64,000 nt of DNA from contig JBLDXI010000024.1 of NCBI GenBank assembly GCA_047495785.1, positions 4,588,001 through 4,652,000 of the forward strand, read 5' to 3'. Of this stretch, positions 61,501 to 64,000 are shown one piece after another; the stretch's first letter is position 1; the number at the start of each line of letters is the position of its first letter. The notes under the pieces are model-generated. The model searched no databases. It was not told the origin of the DNA and saw only the letters and a list, made by a program, of their open reading frames with translations. The position numbers and the translations under genes were made by a program. The DNA is from Lepidodermella squamata. Taxonomy: Eukaryota; Animalia; Gastrotricha.

Positions 61501-64000
61501 GCCGCTCGTCGATGCGTAAGGTTGAACGTGGACTAGCATGGTGAACGAGTACTGGAGGTCAAGTTGATTTCCTGGAGCGGATGTCATGGCGATTTCCAGG
61601 TAGTCTGATGTCGTCGGGAGGTTCCAAGCTCTAATAATAAAATGATACCACTCACTCATAAATCTCTGAGAGGTAAGAAAATTGTAGAAAAATAAATACT
61701 TTCTCCAAGGAAATCTGTCATAAAGTTGAAACAAGGAGAAACTTACGTTGATGTAAATCCATACATGTTGCCACATTGTGGACTTCCGACCGGCGTGAAG
61801 CTCGATCCGTTTCCAACGGAATCGCCCAAGCTGCAGGCCAAGGGGTACACCGATAAAGGTTGTGGTGCTATAATAGAAAAAAAACGGATATAGAATAATA
61901 GAGCGGGTACACCGATAACGGAGGCGGTGCTATATTGGAATCAAAATTGGAAACAAAATGGAATATTCCATTTTCCAATTTTCCAATTCCATTTTCCATT
62001 TTCCGCCTCCGTTATCGGTTATATCTATATCTATTATAGATTATAGATTCTCACTTTGCCACGGACAGAGCCGTGCTTGTTCGATCTCCGAATGATCTAG
62101 GCCTCTTTTGTAGAACTGCATGCATGCAATCTGGCCAGACCAAGCGCCTCGGACCTCAAAATAAGTCGATAGCCTTAAAGGGTCGACTGAACCGCAGTTC
62201 ATTTGGGTGATCGCACGGTCGTAGTTGTCGATAAATATTCTTCCGATCCCGCTGCGACAGTCGACAGTCAACGCGAAAAAGAACCACCGATCATTAGGTA
62301 CAGCAACTTCATAGCTAAAAACGCCAGGCCAAATCCACGACGTTGGTCTGGAATGGCCATAATCGGTTTTAACAAATCTGGTCCCCGGAACTATTTTGAT
62401 GTAGTATGCGGCACTCGATGATTTGATGACATTTTTCATCAAGAACACATCTGCAGATGTCGAGTTCGGGTAATAAATCCACATAGCGTAGGTCCACCCG
62501 TTATTTGTGTCTAAGGTTTGTATGTTGTTTGTTCGGATGAAAACAGACCGATCAGCGCCAGACCATTGAAGCGATCCTAAAGCTCGTCCATCGTAACCCG
62601 GTCCATAGCTGAGTGATGAAGGAATGATCGCGTTGTTTCCATTCATAGTGAGATCGTCTCCTCCATGCAAGAAATCGAACAACCACAGACCATCAGGATT
62701 CAACGATACGATTGGAGGAGCAATCGGGGTTGAGAGTTCAATCGATGTTACAGTCTGAGCTGATCCGAGGTCAATGACAGCATAAGGCCGAGAAGGGGTC
62801 GGTGGCTTTCCTGAGATTCGCGTGCAATTCAGGAATGTTTGTTTCCGAATGGCGCGTGGTGCCGTCAGGGTAGATGCGGGCGCCAATGAGCTATCCAGCA
62901 CTGACTGGCCTATAGACACACTGGCCTTGCTAGCTATGTTAGGCGCATATTGAGGGATGGCTGCTCGCAAAAAAGGAATGAGTAAAGCGTTAGAGGAGAA
63001 TGAGATGGCTTACTTCTGCAACCAAGAAGTTCTACCCGATAGCAAAGTAACCCCGAAGATGTTTTGGGGATGATTTTGAAAACGGTTCCGATCACCAGTT
63101 TCGGGAACAGTTTGATTACTGGAGAGTTAGGGTTTGAACTTCCCGAAAAATCCCTAGAACCAGATGCATCTGCCACATCTTTCCAATCATCGACAGATCT
63201 TGCTTTAAATTGAACATTGAACGTTGTCACCCAGCTATTAGTTTTCGGACAGCCTTGAACTTGAAAGCCGGTTACTATCGTTTGTCTGAGGAGATCAATT
63301 GTTAGCTCAGCCGGGTTTCTATCGGCAGCGAGGCCCCAGTTAAGTCTTGCATAGGTAGAGCGAGTCGACAGCTGGCTATCGTCAATTTCGCCACTCTCCA
63401 TGCCAAGAGGATCCATGCAATTAGCAGTGCAACCCTCAAATTGAAATTTCGATGTGGCATAATCCGTTGACGCAACGAGTGATGTCATTTTGACGTAACG
63501 AACTAGCAGCGGTGAGGGAAAAGGAACTTGCAGCATTCCTGAAGCGCGGCTGAAATTCTGAAGAATACAGCGCTTTTAAATTAATTGGCTTCGAGTGAAT
63601 AATCAACTTTATTAGGTTGGTGTATAGACCTATGCTCTAGTTGTGTATTGTCTCTGAGCAGTGGTCCGACTTGGCACAGCGGGTTAAATCGGAAACATTT
63701 TGAGTCTAAAATTTGTCAATCATCCTTGCGTTTTTTCACAAAATTCGGATTGTGTGTGAAAACGGGGTCATTTTTCCCCGCACTCGAAACACTGCCTCAA
63801 GAGTCAAGAGTCGCAAGACACCAACTTTGAGAATGGTTCTTATATCAAGGTTATTAATTTTGGCTTAGGACTAAAACTTACCCTTCGAACTCCTCGACCT
63901 GTATCTACACTTTGGTAATTGACATCATCCAGGCTGTAGTCGATACGAAAATCCTTGTAGCCGAAATGTTGTCCATTGGCACCTAACTGTTTAAAGGTGG
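58563..64000 (-). CDS. Large extracellular multidomain lectin-like protein, 3' part (5' end beyond window): F5/8C x2, split F-type-lectin-like domain enclosing LamG x3 and F5/8C x2, terminal F-type-lectin-like domain
   Basis: F5/8C motifs (CMDPLGMESGEI, CWQP..FVQFDL..IGTQG..YVKSYKLSY, VRLYPVTW). LamG/pentraxin-like motifs (WFFFALTVD, WAYLALVHD, WNHVLLTFD). F-type-like WVQIDLG...C.PPLNGRYVSL. The exons join through GT-AG introns. No C-terminal TM. Confidence 0.82.
61911..62019. repeat. Intronic inverted repeat (perfect 17-bp arms, TTCCA/TGGAA-rich spacer)
   Basis: ACCGATAACGGAGGCGG (61911-61927) and CCGCCTCCGTTATCGGT (62003-62019). Confidence 0.9.

Noticed and set aside
61631-61665. Possible micro-exon and 25-bp intron
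   Set aside because: A simpler model (exon 61867-61747 spliced to 61630) gives a coherent LamG start with normal splice sites.

Overview
Eukaryotic (invertebrate-like) DNA from a compact genome with mostly 45-60 bp GT-AG introns, so the ORF track breaks single genes into many pieces. A tandem array of four polycystin-1-like (PKD1-like, 11-TM) genes on the + strand dominates the window: copy A (3' end only, 1-1307), B (9495-21499), C (27651-~40440) and D (41054-53945). Their ectodomain is unusual: signal peptide, 5 EGF, F5/8C discoidin, four fibrinogen-related domains, PAN/apple-like, 3 Sushi, 7-12 EGF, Ser/Thr stalk and a GAIN-like region. The GPS autoproteolysis motif is degenerate and a furin-type R-x-R-R site sits beside it. 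Between A and B lie a clan-3 cytochrome P450 and a Cys-loop ligand-gated channel gene carrying an extra N-terminal domain and a mucin stalk. B and C appear to derive from a ~20 kb tandem duplication with a chimeric junction at ~22158. Next to the junction are a truncated RLE-type non-LTR retrotransposon, a micro-inversion, MITEs, and a 1.3 kb cassette of tRNA genes and tRNA relics. That cassette is bounded by ~90 bp inverted repeats and nested in a hAT-like insertion. The right end holds a type I sialomucin-like gene and the 3' part of a large lectin-domain gene in which an F-type-lectin-like domain appears split by roughly 1,000 aa of inserted LamG and discoidin domains. All calls come from reading the sequence by eye; no database searches were run.
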